In this document: in pieces, positions 38,147 to 48,877 of the stretch
Layout: the number at the start of each line of letters is the position of its first letter
How positions within the stretch are numbered: position 1 is the first letter of the stretch
NCBI GenBank assembly: GCA_963662335.2
Contig: CAXXVD010000002.1
Span: 288,001-352,000 of the forward strand
Reading direction: 5' to 3'
From: Chloroflexota bacterium
GTDB taxonomy: Bacteria; Chloroflexota; UBA11872; VXOZ01
DNA length: 64,000 nt
The notes under the pieces: generated by a model
The model's input: only the letters and a program-made list of their open reading frames with translations
What the model was told of the DNA's origin: nothing
Databases searched by the model: none
Program-made: the position numbers and the translations under genes

Positions 38147-40255
38147 ATGGCAACTGTCGCCCCACCCACCGTCGCGGACGCGCTCCCGGCCACCATGCTC
38201 CATGACTACCTCATGCAGCAGGCCCACGCGCTGTTCGACCACGCCGAGAAGGAACGCGCCGCCATCCGGACTCCCGCGCAATGGGCGCAGCGGCGGGAAC
38301 GCCTGCTGGCCGCCTTCCAGCAGGCCATCGGCCCGTTTCCGGCGGAGAAGACCCCGCTCAACGCCCGCCTGGTGGGCACGCTGGACCGCGAACGCTACAC
38401 CATCGAGAAGCTCGTCTTCGAGAGCCGCCCGCGCTTCTACGTGACGGCAGTCGCCTACGTGCCCAAGCGCCACAAGCCGCCCTATCCGGGCATGCTCTTT
38501 CCGCTGGGTCACAGCCGCAACGGCAAGGCCATGGACAGCTACCAGCGCACACCGGCCGGCTTCGCTGAAAAGGGCTATTTCGTGCTGGCCTACGACCCGC
38601 TCGGCCAGGGCGAACGCTGGCAGTACTGGGATCCGGAAACGCGGGAGTCCGCCTTCCGCTCCTCAACCCACGAGCACAGCAACATGGGCGCGCAGTGCCT
38701 GCTGCTGGGCATCAACCTGGCGCAGTACATGATCTGGGATAGCATCCGCGCCTTGGACTACCTGCTCGCGCGCGATGAAGTGGACCCCACCCGCGTCGGC
38801 TGCACGGGCGTCTCCGGCGGCGGCACGAATACCGCCTACTACGTGCCGTTCGACGACCGGGTCACGGCGTCCATGCCCACCTGCTACATCGCCGGCTTTC
38901 CCGCGCTGCTGGATAGCGTCGGCCCCCAGGACGCCGAGCAGAATCTCTTTGGGCAGTTGGCCGTGGGCCTCGACCACGAGGACTACCTGTCGTTGGTCGC
39001 GCCGCGCCCGCTCTGCGTGGGCGCCGCCACCGGCGACTACTTTCCACTGGCCGGCGCGCGCAATTGCGTGGAGAGCGCCGAGCGGGTCTACGCAACGCTC
39101 GGCGTGCCGCAGAACCTCGCGCTGGCCGTGGCGGAACAGAACCACGGCTACCACCTGCCCATGCGCCAGGCGGCGTACGCCTGGTTCAACCGGCTCTTCG
39201 GCAAGGAAGCGGAAGGCAGCGGCGAGACCGAGATCGAGTTGGAGCCGGACGAAGCGCTCTGGTGCACGGAATCCGGCAACGTGCACGAATTCGGCGGCGA
39301 GACCGTCATCTCGCTGAACCGCGCGCTGCTGGCGGGCATCGACCCGGGGCTGCCGGCAGTCGGCTCCAAGCGCGAGGCGACCAAGTACCAGCAGACAGTG
39401 AGCGAGCGCCTGCGCCGGACGCTCGCCGCCTTCCCGGAGTCCGGCGACCTCAAGCTGACGCGCGCGCCGCTGGCCGGCAGCGATAACGTGCGGCGCGAAC
39501 GCATCGTCTTCGAATCCGAACCCGGCATCTCGGTTCCCGCCGTGCTGCGCACGCCGGTGGGCCCGCAGCGCGATACGCTGTTGCTCTGGATTGACGAGCA
39601 CGGCAAGGACGCCGAGCGCAGCGCGGTGCTGCTGGACGCCCTGGCGACGCGGGGCGCGTGCTCCCTGGCGCTGGACCCCCGGGGCATGGGCGAAACGGGC
39701 TATCCGCCCACGGACAACCCGCAGACGAGCGACCACGGCCACATTAGCCACAAAGTCGCCTATATGGCGCACTTGCAGGCGCGCCCGCTGCTGGGCATGC
39801 GCGTGCAGGACGTCGTGCGGGGACTTGACGCGCTGGCGGAGATGCCGGAGACAACCACGAAGCGGATCATGGTGGGAGGACGCGGCGGCGGCGCGCTGCT
39901 GGCGCTCTTCGCCGCCGCTCTCGACCAGCGGGCCGCCGGGGTCGTGGCGCACGAGTGCCTCGGCTCGTACCGCTGGCTGGTGGAGAACGAGTTCTACGCC
40001 TACGACGCCTCGTGGTTCCTCTTTGGCGCGCTGCGCGAGTTCGACATCTGCGACGCGGCGGCGCTGGTCGCGCCCCGCCCGCTGGTGGCCTGGACGCCCC
40101 ACGACCACCAACGCCGGCCGGTTGCCGCGGACACGCTGGAAGCGGCGTGCCTGCGCACCATAGCCGCCTACCGCGCCTTCGACGCCGACGGCGCGCTGCG
40201 CTACCGCGACGACGCCTTGACCTCCGAGCGGCTGGCGAGCGAGTTGGAACGATAG
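38147..40255 (+). CDS. Tandem alpha/beta-hydrolase (acetylxylan esterase-like)
   Basis: GVSGGG nucleophile elbow, DPLGQGER, HGY; second domain has DPRGMGE and GRGGG. Confidence 0.8.
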   Translation: MATVAPPTVADALPATMLHDYLMQQAHALFDHAEKERAAIRTPAQWAQRRERLLAAFQQAIGPFPAEKTPLNARLVGTLDRERYTIEKLVFESRPRFYVTAVAYVPKRHKPPYPGMLFPLGHSRNGKAMDSYQRTPAGFAEKGYFVLAYDPLGQGERWQYWDPETRESAFRSSTHEHSNMGAQCLLLGINLAQYMIWDSIRALDYLLARDEVDPTRVGCTGVSGGGTNTAYYVPFDDRVTASMPTCYIAGFPALLDSVGPQDAEQNLFGQLAVGLDHEDYLSLVAPRPLCVGAATGDYFPLAGARNCVESAERVYATLGVPQNLALAVAEQNHGYHLPMRQAAYAWFNRLFGKEAEGSGETEIELEPDEALWCTESGNVHEFGGETVISLNRALLAGIDPGLPAVGSKREATKYQQTVSERLRRTLAAFPESGDLKLTRAPLAGSDNVRRERIVFESEPGISVPAVLRTPVGPQRDTLLLWIDEHGKDAERSAVLLDALATRGACSLALDPRGMGETGYPPTDNPQTSDHGHISHKVAYMAHLQARPLLGMRVQDVVRGLDALAEMPETTTKRIMVGGRGGGALLALFAAALDQRAAGVVAHECLGSYRWLVENEFYAYDASWFLFGALREFDICDAAALVAPRPLVAWTPHDHQRRPVAADTLEAACLRTIAAYRAFDADGALRYRDDALTSERLASELER

Positions 40256-40303
40256 CGCGCTGCCGGACATCCGCCCTGCCACGGGGAAAGGCAACGGTTA
40301 ATT

Positions 40304-41089
40304 GTGCAAAGCTCAGCCGGCGCGACCGCGGTAGCCGCGGCGCGGGAAGCCGGCGCCTATCTCCGCGCGCACGCGGCCTCTGCCGCCGTGGTGGAGACCA
40401 AAGGCCGGGGCGACTACGTCACCGGCCTCGACCTCGCCGCCAACGACCTCATCCAGCAGAAGATTCGCGCCGCGTTTCCTAAACATCGCGTGCTCTCTGA
40501 AGAGTCGGTCGGCGCGCCGCTCTCCGACGAACCGACGTGGATCATCGATCCGATCGACGGCACCCTCAATATCGCCAACCGCTTTCCGCTCTTCTGCGTC
40601 AGCATCGCGCTGGTGGAACGCAAGCGGCCGGTGGTGGGCGTGGTGTACGATCCGCTCTTGGACGACCTCTTCGCGGCGGAGGCGGGCGCGGGCGCAACGT
40701 GGAACGGCGAGACCATAGCCGTGCGCCGTGGCGTCCCCTGGCAGGACGCGCTCCTGGGCTTCGACCTGGGCCACGTCGACCAGGCCGCCCACGACAGCCT
40801 GGCGCTGGCCGCGGCGCTGCGGCCCCAGGTGGCGGGACTGCGGCTCACGGGTTCGGCGGCGCTGGCAATCTGCTACGTTGCCGCCGGCCGCCTGAGCGCG
40901 TTCTTCCACCACCGGCTCGAACCCTGGGACATGGCAGCCGCGCTCCTCATCGCGCGGGAAGCCGGCGGCTGCGTGGAGACGCTGGACGGCGACCCGGTAA
41001 CAGGCCCGCGGACGGGCTCGCTGGTGGTCGGCGACGCCGCGATCATCACCAAGATCAAGACCCGGGAACGGGCCCGCCGCAACGGGTGA
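40304..41089 (+). CDS. Inositol monophosphatase family protein
   Basis: SEE, WIIDPIDGT.N, GSAAL, PWDMAA. Confidence 0.9.
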   Translation: MQSSAGATAVAAAREAGAYLRAHAASAAVVETKGRGDYVTGLDLAANDLIQQKIRAAFPKHRVLSEESVGAPLSDEPTWIIDPIDGTLNIANRFPLFCVSIALVERKRPVVGVVYDPLLDDLFAAEAGAGATWNGETIAVRRGVPWQDALLGFDLGHVDQAAHDSLALAAALRPQVAGLRLTGSAALAICYVAAGRLSAFFHHRLEPWDMAAALLIAREAGGCVETLDGDPVTGPRTGSLVVGDAAIITKIKTRERARRNG

Positions 41090-41188
41090 AGGCAACACCA
41101 CGCAAGCCGCAGAGAGAGCGAAAGCGCAGCGATGCCACAGCAGAATCTCGCCGCAGCCGCCCTTGGGCAAGCCTGGTGGGAGAGCGAC

Positions 41189-42004
41189 GTGACCGCCGCC
41201 GTGATCCTGGGCATCGTGCAAGGCATTACCGAATTCCTGCCGATTTCCAGTTCCGGCCACCTCGCCGTCCTGCCGTGGGCGTTCGGCTGGTCGTCGCCGG
41301 TGTTGAACAGCCTGCCGTTCACGGTGGCGCTGCACGTGGGCACGCTGCTGGCCGTGCTGCTGGTCTTCCGGCGGGACGTGCTGGCGCTGGCCGCCGCCTT
41401 CCTGCGCTCCTTGCGCGAGCGCGACGTCCAGGCCGAGCCGGAACGCCGCCTGGCGTGGCTCCTCATCCTTGCCACGCTGCCGGCCGTTGTGGCCGGCCTG
41501 CTGCTGGAGAACGCCGCCGCCACGGTCTTGCGCGCGCCGTGGCTCATCGCCGCCGCGCTCGCCGGGGTCGGCGTGCTGCTCTGGGTCGTGGACGCCCGGC
41601 ACACCGGCCGGAAAGAGCTTGACAGCCTCGGGTGGCGGGAGGCGTTGCTCATCGGCCTGGCGCAAGCCCTGGCAATCGTGCCCGGCGTCTCTCGCTCCGG
41701 CAGCACCATCACCATGGGCATGATGCTCGGCCTGAGCCGCGTGCAGGCGGCCCGCTTCTCCTTCCTGCTCATGGCGCCGGTGATCTTTGGCGCGGGGGTG
41801 TGGGAGGCGCGCCACCTCGATAGCGCGGCCCTGAGCGGCAACGGCGGCGCGCTCTTCAGCGCCGGCTTTCTCAGCGCGCTGGCGGTGGGCTACCTCTGCA
41901 TCCGCGTCTTCCTGCGCTATCTGCAACGCGGCCGCCTCTGGCCGCTGGCGCTCTACCGCATCGCACTGGCGGTGGTCATCGTCATAGTGCTCACCACGCG
42001 CTGA
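41189..42004 (+). CDS. uppP: Undecaprenyl-diphosphate phosphatase
   Basis: GIVQGITEFLPISSSGH, PGVSRSGSTI, ARFSFL; start uncertain (41132 is an alternative). Confidence 0.93.
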   Translation: MTAAVILGIVQGITEFLPISSSGHLAVLPWAFGWSSPVLNSLPFTVALHVGTLLAVLLVFRRDVLALAAAFLRSLRERDVQAEPERRLAWLLILATLPAVVAGLLLENAAATVLRAPWLIAAALAGVGVLLWVVDARHTGRKELDSLGWREALLIGLAQALAIVPGVSRSGSTITMGMMLGLSRVQAARFSFLLMAPVIFGAGVWEARHLDSAALSGNGGALFSAGFLSALAVGYLCIRVFLRYLQRGRLWPLALYRIALAVVIVIVLTTR

Positions 42005-42106
42005 TCTTTACGGCGGCGCCCCGGTTTCGCTACACTGGGTGTCTACCCTACAGGCGGGGGACAAGCCCCCGCGCTACGATTACCTATGCGAACGCGGAGA
42101 ACTGTC

Positions 42107-43135
42107 ATGCGCATTGGCATCTTGAACGTCACCGGCTATGCCGGACTGGAACTCATCCGGCTGCTGGCCTGGCACCCGGAGATGCAAGTCGTAGCCGTCA
42201 CCGGCCGCAGCCAGGCCGGCAAGACCTTGGCGGAAGTCTTTCCCTTCAGCGGCCTCTTTCCCAAGGAAGACCTGGGGGCAATGCGCATCACTGAAGAAAT
42301 CGATACCGGCGTGGGCCTGGTCTTCTCCGGCCTGCCGCACAAGGCCTCGGCGGAGGCGCTGCTGCCGTTCATCCAAGACGGCGTGCCGGTGGTGGACATT
42401 GCCGCCGACTTCCGCCTGCATGACCCGGCAACCTACAAGGAGTGGTACCAGGAGCACCCGTGCCCGGAGCATCTGGAGAACGCCGTCTACGGCCTGACCG
42501 AACTCCACCGGGAAGAGGTGCGGCAAGCCAAGATCGTGGCGAATCCCGGCTGCTATCCCACCGGCGCGATCTTGGGTCTCGCGCCGGCTCTGGCGGAAGG
42601 GCTGATTGCGCCCAACGTGATCGTGGACGCCAAGTCCGGCGTTTCCGGCGGCGGCCGCAGCCTGACCCTCACCAATCACTTTTCGGAAGTCAACGAGAGC
42701 GTGGAAGCCTACGCGCTGGGGGGCCACCGCCACCAGCCGGAAATCGTGCAGGAACTGAGCGCAGCGGCGGCGCGGGACGTGGCGGTCACCTTCGTGCCGC
42801 ACCTCATCCCCATGACGCGCGGCATCCTGGCCACCTGCTACGCGCAACTCACCGGCGCGACCACCCAGCAGGCGGTAGACGACCTCTACCAGGCCCGCTA
42901 CGCCAACGAGCCGTTCGTGGAAACGCTTTCAGTCTCGCCCAAGACCAAGTGGACCTACGGCAGCAACCACTGCCTGATTCACGCCGTGGTGCACGAGCGC
43001 ACGGGACACCTGCTCGTCACCACCGCCATCGACAACCTGGTGAAAGGCGCCGCCGGCCAAGCGCTGCAGAACGCCAACGCCATGCTCGGCCTGCCGGAGA
43101 CCATGGGCCTGGCAGCCAAGCCGCTGTTTCCGTAA
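42107..43135 (+). CDS. argC: N-acetyl-gamma-glutamyl-phosphate reductase
   Basis: TGYAG, ADFRL, ANPGCYPT, SGVSG, HRHQPEI, DNLVKGAAGQA. Confidence 0.95.
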   Translation: MRIGILNVTGYAGLELIRLLAWHPEMQVVAVTGRSQAGKTLAEVFPFSGLFPKEDLGAMRITEEIDTGVGLVFSGLPHKASAEALLPFIQDGVPVVDIAADFRLHDPATYKEWYQEHPCPEHLENAVYGLTELHREEVRQAKIVANPGCYPTGAILGLAPALAEGLIAPNVIVDAKSGVSGGGRSLTLTNHFSEVNESVEAYALGGHRHQPEIVQELSAAAARDVAVTFVPHLIPMTRGILATCYAQLTGATTQQAVDDLYQARYANEPFVETLSVSPKTKWTYGSNHCLIHAVVHERTGHLLVTTAIDNLVKGAAGQALQNANAMLGLPETMGLAAKPLFP

Positions 43136-43309
43136 CAACGCAGCCGTAGTAACGCAGCCGTAGTAGCACAACTGTTCGTGCTGAGCGCTTCGACCCTACG
43201 ACAAGCTCAGGACAGGCAAGCTCAGTACAGACCCGTCGGAGCATGAACGGGGCGCACACGAAAACCGCGTTTCCTTTTCCAGCAAGAGACAAGCCCCCGC
43301 GCTACGAGT

Positions 43310-44050
43310 CTATTTGAGGGGCAGCGAGTTTGGGGCGTCAACACGGCTTCCCTCTTTCAGGCAACGCGCCGCGTGTCTGCAATGCGACTCGGTTTCGCAG
43401 CGCGACCACTCGAAGCCAGACTCCTCAAGTTCCTCAGGTACAATTCTGCAAATTACCCTGTGCGGATGGTTGCCTAGTTCGTCCCGGTTTTCCTCCCTAC
43501 ATACCGAGCAGCCCGGACAGTCAGGGTCGCATCCGTCGAAAGTGCACGGGCAGTTGTAGAACTCCTCATCTCTTGCCATTTCTTGTTGCCAAGCGGCCCT
43601 GCGCTCATCGCGTAAGGTCACTTGCTGTTCAGAGAGGCGGCTCTTGCTGGCATTGCAGGAACGGCAATACAGGCGGAGGTTCTTTGGCTCGCTAGGTCCG
43701 TTGGGATCAATGTGGTCAAGGGTGGCATCTCTCCCACTGACTTCCTTGCCGCAACGCTGGCAGCGTCCGTCGTCTCTTTCGATCACAGTTGCGCGGTGCT
43801 TGCGAGTTCGGTAGGAGCGTCGCTGCTTGGCGGCGTCTCTCGCTCGCAATTCGGCTTTCAGGGGGTGACCTTCAGGGATCATCGCTACATAGCGAAAGGT
43901 GCGGTATTCAAGGCAACTACTGACACTTTGTGGAGACATCAGATCGGCCAAGGCAGCAACTGCAGCGGAATAGTCGTCAGCCTCCTGCAGGATAGTCCGC
44001 GCCTTCAGGATGGCTTCGGCTAATTCTTGCGGGTACGGGTGTCGAGGCAT
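43310..44050 (-). CDS. HNH endonuclease with Cys-rich C-terminal extension
   Basis: RDDGRCQRCG..LDHI..NLRLYCRSCN motif; gaggaa RBS; visibly lower GC than neighbours. Confidence 0.8.
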   Translation of the reverse strand: MPRHPYPQELAEAILKARTILQEADDYSAAVAALADLMSPQSVSSCLEYRTFRYVAMIPEGHPLKAELRARDAAKQRRSYRTRKHRATVIERDDGRCQRCGKEVSGRDATLDHIDPNGPSEPKNLRLYCRSCNASKSRLSEQQVTLRDERRAAWQQEMARDEEFYNCPCTFDGCDPDCPGCSVCREENRDELGNHPHRVICRIVPEELEESGFEWSRCETESHCRHAARCLKEGSRVDAPNSLPLK

Positions 44051-44204
44051 CGAAGTTCCTCGTAAGTACTGATCTGTGTTGCCCTGCGGAGGAAAAGCCC
44101 TCGTGCTACGGCTAACACTAGCAAGCGAGGCGTTGAATGCATTGACAAGTGAGTTGTTTACCTGGAATGCCTCTATATCACGGCTCTACAGCCGCCTGTA
44201 CCCC

Positions 44205-45893
44205 TCATTCACAAACCGCGCCTCTGGCGGCGGAGGTGACCAATTTGGCATACTTTGCCAGCACGCCTTTGGTGTAGCGCGGTTCCAGCGGGCGCCACTC
44301 TTTGCGGCGTTCGGCCAGTTCGGCGTCGTCCACGTGGAGCGTGAGGGTTTGGTTGTCGCCGTCGATGGTGATTTGGTCGCCCTCGCGCACCAGGCCGATG
44401 GGGCCGCCCATGGCGGCTTCCGGCGCCACGTGGCCGACCATCAGGCCGTGGGTCGCGCCGGAGAAGCGCCCGTCGGTGATGAGGCCCACCGAATCGCCCA
44501 GGCCCCGGCCAAAGACCGCGCCGGTCACCGCCAGCATCTCGCGCATACCCGGCCCGCCTTTCGGCCCCTCATTGCGGATCACGAGCACGTCACCGGCGTT
44601 AATGCGGCCCTTCACCACGGCCTCGAACGCGTCGTCCTCGATCTCGAAGACCCGCGCCGGGCCGGAATGCACCCGGTTCGCCACGCCCGCCACTTTCACC
44701 ACCGCGCCTTCCGGGGCCAGGTTGCCGCGCAGGATCACCATCGTGCCGCCGGCGTAGATGGGGTCGTCCGCCGCGCGCACGATGTCCTGGCCGTTCTCGG
44801 AAACCCGCGCCGCGCCCACGTCGTCCGCCAGCGTCTTGCCGGTTACGGTCAGGCACTCGCCGTGCAGCAGGCCGGCGCGCAGCATCTCGCGCATGATGAG
44901 CGGCACGCCGCCGACTTTATCCAGGTCGGCCATTACGTAGCGGCCGCCGGGGCGCATGTCGGCGATGTGGGGCACGCGCTTGCTCACCCGGTCGATGTCG
45001 TCCAGGTCGAAGGGCACGCCGGCTTCCCAGGCGATGGCGGGCAGGTGCAGCGCCGCGTTGGTGGAACCGCCGGCCGCCAGCGCCACGGCCACGGCGTTTT
45101 CCATGGCCTCTTTCGTGATGATGTCCGAGGGACGGCGGTTGTGGCGCACGCAGTCCATCACCAGGTGGCCGGCGTCCACGCAGACCTGGTCGCGGCGCGC
45201 GTCCATGGCCGGCGGCGAGGCGCTGCCGGGCACGGAGAGGCCCATGGCCTCCAACGCGCTTGACATGGTGTTGGCCGTGTACATGCCGCCGCAGGAACCC
45301 GGGCCGGGACAGGCATGCAACTCCAGGTCGATCAATTCGTCCTCGGTCAGCTTGCCGGCGGCGTGCGCGCCCACGGCCTCGAACACGTCCTGGATGGTCA
45401 CGTCCTCGCCCCGCCAGCGGCCGGGCATGATGCTGCCGCCGTAGACGAAGACGCTGGGGATGTCCAGCCGCGCCATGGCCATGGCGCACCCCGGCAGGCT
45501 CTTGTCGCAACCGGCAATCGTGACAACCCCGTCCAGCCGCTCGCCGATGGCCACCGCCTCGATCGAATCCGCGATGATCTCGCGCGTCACCAGGCTGGTT
45601 CTCATGCCCTCGGTGCCCATGGCAATGCCGTCGCTGACGGTGATCGCCACGAACTCGATCGGCGTGCCGCCGGCCTGGCGGATGCCCTCTTTCACCTTCT
45701 TGGCCAGCCGGTCAAGATGGTAATTGCAGGGCGTGACCTCGTTCCAGGTGCTGGCCACGCCGATGAGGGGCTTGGCCAGGTCTTCGTTGCTGAAGCCCAT
45801 GGCGTGGAACATGGAGCGCGCCGGCGCGCTCCGGGGTCCTTCCGTGATGTCTTTGCTAAACGGCTTGGTGTCCACGTTCGCGTCTGCGCTCAT
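44205..45893 (-). CDS. ilvD: Dihydroxy-acid dehydratase
   Basis: [43 protein letters not shown]. Confidence 0.96.
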   Translation of the reverse strand: MSADANVDTKPFSKDITEGPRSAPARSMFHAMGFSNEDLAKPLIGVASTWNEVTPCNYHLDRLAKKVKEGIRQAGGTPIEFVAITVSDGIAMGTEGMRTSLVTREIIADSIEAVAIGERLDGVVTIAGCDKSLPGCAMAMARLDIPSVFVYGGSIMPGRWRGEDVTIQDVFEAVGAHAAGKLTEDELIDLELHACPGPGSCGGMYTANTMSSALEAMGLSVPGSASPPAMDARRDQVCVDAGHLVMDCVRHNRRPSDIITKEAMENAVAVALAAGGSTNAALHLPAIAWEAGVPFDLDDIDRVSKRVPHIADMRPGGRYVMADLDKVGGVPLIMREMLRAGLLHGECLTVTGKTLADDVGAARVSENGQDIVRAADDPIYAGGTMVILRGNLAPEGAVVKVAGVANRVHSGPARVFEIEDDAFEAVVKGRINAGDVLVIRNEGPKGGPGMREMLAVTGAVFGRGLGDSVGLITDGRFSGATHGLMVGHVAPEAAMGGPIGLVREGDQITIDGDNQTLTLHVDDAELAERRKEWRPLEPRYTKGVLAKYAKLVTSAARGAVCE

Positions 45894-45949
45894 GATTCGC
45901 ATCCTCCTGGCTTGTGCAAATGTGCTTCTGTCAATTGCGCATGTGCCTT

Positions 45950-46023
45950 CCGTCATTCCCGCGAAAGCGGGAATCCATCTTCGCCGGCGTCCCGATGGAT
46001 TCCCGCTTTCGCGGGAATGACGG
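45950..46023. repeat. Inverted REP pair (family A)
   Basis: gtcattcccgcgaaagcgggaatccatc ... gatggattcccgctttcgcgggaatgac. Confidence 0.85.
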
Positions 46024-46115
46024 GGCGTGTGCGCTTTTGCGGAAATGACGGACAAGGAACTCGCCGTCGTTGTCACTCCCTTGCGGCGCGTGGCCAAGAC
46101 TATGGCAGGCCCGCG

Positions 46116-46427
46116 TCACTCATCGGTCTCCAGCCCGGCAAGGTCAGCCCACTCGCTCTCCGGATACGCGGGCACGGCATGGCATAGGTCGAAGCCGTTG
46201 CGCAGAATCACCATCGCCCGCGTGCAGGCCGTGTCATTGGGAAATTCGACGATCATGATGCCGTCGTAGGGCCCGCTGATAAGGTATGCCTCGATCAGCT
46301 TGCCGCCATGGCGCTTGATTATCCGGCGCGTCTCGACCGGGCCGCCGGCAATGGCCTCCTGATAGGTGGGATTCTTGCCGCCGAACGCCGAAGTTTCCAG
46401 CTTCACCATGACAATGTATGTCTTCAA
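46116..46427 (-). CDS. GYD domain-containing protein
   Basis: GGKLIEAYLISGPYDGIMIVEFP; TTG start after ggagagg RBS. Confidence 0.7.
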   Translation of the reverse strand: MKTYIVMVKLETSAFGGKNPTYQEAIAGGPVETRRIIKRHGGKLIEAYLISGPYDGIMIVEFPNDTACTRAMVILRNGFDLCHAVPAYPESEWADLAGLETDE

Positions 46428-46633
46428 TAGAACCTCTCCAGAACTTCTCCCTAGCGACTGTGGGGCCGCACTGCCCCGGGCCAGGCGTGTGCACGCCTGC
46501 ACTAGCCAGTATCGAATCGCCGCCGCCCGCTGTCAATGGCGGCGGCCCCGGGCAGCCGGTTTCAGCGCGGCCGCCGCGTTCGTCAAAGACGCTATAATCA
46601 TACGTGTCGCAAGCCGCACATTGGGGTATCTTC

Positions 46634-48559
46634 ATGCTACCGCGCATCCGCGCTTCCGTTACACCGTCTGCGGGCACGGCCGGGGAGTACGGCACGTGGG
46701 TCGTGCGTTGCCACGTGGTGGAGGGTGAACTCGGCCCCGGCGACGCGGTGGCCGTGGCGCTGCCGAACACCTGGCACGCCTGGCAGCGGAACTCCGCCAA
46801 AGGGGTGCACAGCCTCGACCCGGCCAAACCGAACTACGTCGCGGCCCGCGCTTCCCGCAATGACGTGGAGCTACGCTGCGTGGTGCCCGACGGCTCCACC
46901 GACGAGTATGAGAAACGCACCCGCGCGGCGCTGGCGGGACCGCCCAACCGCTGCGCGTACCATGCCGAGGTGACGATCGGGCGCGGGACGCTGCGGGCGG
47001 GCGATTGGCTGGACGTTACGTATGGCGAGACCGGCGGCGGCAGTCCGGGCTTTACCGCCGCGCTCCATCCCAACGGGCCGGAGCCGGTGCGCGTGGCCGT
47101 GCTTGCCGCGGGCAACGACGGTGAAAAGACGCTGCTGCCGGAGGCGGAGAGTCCGCTCCTGGTGACCCGGGCGGCGGAACCGGTGGAGATCGCGGCTTAC
47201 GCGCCTTCCCACGCCCGCGTGGGCGTTGAAGCGGCCTGCCACGTGATCGCGCTGGACGCCTGGCAGAATGCCGCCGCCGGCGCGCAACTCGCGTTTGCCG
47301 TCAGCGTTGCCGAAGGCCGCGCGGAACATCCTAAGACGATTGTGTTGAATCCGGAGACCGGCACATGCGCGTTGCCCTTTACGCCCACCGCGCCGGGCGT
47401 GCTGCGGCTCCAGTTTACGGCGGAAGGGGGCCGCTTCACCGCCCGCTCGAATCCGATTATCTGCACGGTTGACGAACCCGCCGAGCGCGTCTACTGGGGC
47501 GATCTCCACTCCCACGCCCGGCGCAGTTTCGACGCCACCGGCGACCTGCCCTTCCACTACGCCCGCGACGTGGCGCGCCTGGACTTCTACGCCCTCACCG
47601 ACCACGTGGAGGGACTGACCGACGAAATGTGGGAGGAAATCCGGCTGGCGACCCACGACTGGTACGACCCCGGCCGCTTTGCCACCATTCTCGGCTATGA
47701 GGCCACGTTCCCCGCGCCGTGGGCGCACCACAACGTCTACTTTCGCGCTGACGGCGACGTGCGGATCGGCCGCCACAACGGCACGGTGCAAGACCTCTGG
47801 CGGCGTCTCATACCCGGCGAGGCGATGACGATACCCCACCACACCGGCGTGCGCTTTTCGCCCAAGGCGAGCGACGTCCCCGGCGGCACGGGCCCCAACA
47901 TCGACTGGCAGTACGCCAACGATCGCTTCCGCCGGGTGGTCGAGGTCTACTCCGGCCACGGCCTCTGCGAGTACTACGACCCGGACCACCCGCTGGCGTA
48001 CCAGCACTGCGATTTTTCGCTCAACAACTCGGCGGTGGGGCCGCACTACGCGCAGGACGGCTGGCTTAGCGGGCAGCGCCTGGGCACGATCTGCTCGTCG
48101 GACAATCACCAGGCGCAGCCGGGCAAGCGGCAGACCGGCCTGGCGGCGGTCTGGGCGCCGGCGCTCACCCGCGGCGGCGTCTTCGATAGCATCCACCAGC
48201 GCCAAACCTACGGCACAACCGGCGCGCGAATCTTGCTTAAGATGTGGGTGAACGACTCGTTCATGGGTCAAGAGACCGCCGGCGGCGAGGGCGTGAGCGT
48301 GCGCGTCTGGGCAGTAGGCACGGCGGAGATCGCCTGGGTCGAAATCCTGCGCGGTGACCTGGACGCGCAGCGCTTCGACGTGGTCTACCGCCGCGAGCCG
48401 CAAGCGGCTTCAGCCGCCTTCACCTGGGATGACCCCCAGCCGGTCGCCAACGCGCTCTACTACGTGCGCCTGCGGCAGGCGGCGCCGGTGGCCGGCCGCG
48501 TGGCGCAGGCGTGGTCCAGCCCGGTGTGGGTGCTGCGGAGCCCCAACACCGTGACTTAA
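46634..48559 (+). CDS. PHP-type metallohydrolase (DUF3604 / CehA-McbA-like)
   Basis: YWGDLHSH, LTDH, IPHH, SSDNH, YGTTGARI, YYVR..AWSSPVW. Confidence 0.8.
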   Translation: MLPRIRASVTPSAGTAGEYGTWVVRCHVVEGELGPGDAVAVALPNTWHAWQRNSAKGVHSLDPAKPNYVAARASRNDVELRCVVPDGSTDEYEKRTRAALAGPPNRCAYHAEVTIGRGTLRAGDWLDVTYGETGGGSPGFTAALHPNGPEPVRVAVLAAGNDGEKTLLPEAESPLLVTRAAEPVEIAAYAPSHARVGVEAACHVIALDAWQNAAAGAQLAFAVSVAEGRAEHPKTIVLNPETGTCALPFTPTAPGVLRLQFTAEGGRFTARSNPIICTVDEPAERVYWGDLHSHARRSFDATGDLPFHYARDVARLDFYALTDHVEGLTDEMWEEIRLATHDWYDPGRFATILGYEATFPAPWAHHNVYFRADGDVRIGRHNGTVQDLWRRLIPGEAMTIPHHTGVRFSPKASDVPGGTGPNIDWQYANDRFRRVVEVYSGHGLCEYYDPDHPLAYQHCDFSLNNSAVGPHYAQDGWLSGQRLGTICSSDNHQAQPGKRQTGLAAVWAPALTRGGVFDSIHQRQTYGTTGARILLKMWVNDSFMGQETAGGEGVSVRVWAVGTAEIAWVEILRGDLDAQRFDVVYRREPQAASAAFTWDDPQPVANALYYVRLRQAAPVAGRVAQAWSSPVWVLRSPNTVT

Positions 48560-48617
48560 AGTGCGCACGGTCTTGACTGTAGCCAAGCAGCCCCTCTCGC
48601 TGGGGAAGAGGCTGAAA

Positions 48618-48790
48618 GGGGTATGTATGCTATAACCGGCTTCAGATGTCATTCCGAACGGAGCGCAGCGGAGTGAGGAATCTAGAGCCCAGCGGAGTGT
48701 CGAACCCTGTTCGCGGAATCTAGAGCACTGCCCTGTACAATCAGCATTCTTAGATTCCTCGCTGCGCTCGGAATGACATTTACATGCCCA
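48618..48790. repeat. Family B inverted REP pair with conserved flanks (MITE-like)
   Basis: Colinear with ~54079-54250, including the ggggtrtgta..ccggctt flank. Confidence 0.7.
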
Positions 48791-48877
48791 ACCTTTTGAG
48801 GAGAGGGGCGAAGAGCCCGCGCGAGCCGCGTACAACGGCAGTCAGTGCACATTGCAAACAAGAGGAGAATACCGACC

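Noticed and set aside
43137-43165. 14-bp tandem repeat aacgcagccgtagt after argC
   Set aside because: Two copies only; most likely replication slippage with no evident function.
45894-46097. N-terminal extension of IlvD in the ORF track (and similar extensions on other ORFs)
   Set aside because: In-frame read-through of a REP pair; a good aggagg RBS precedes the ATG at 45893.
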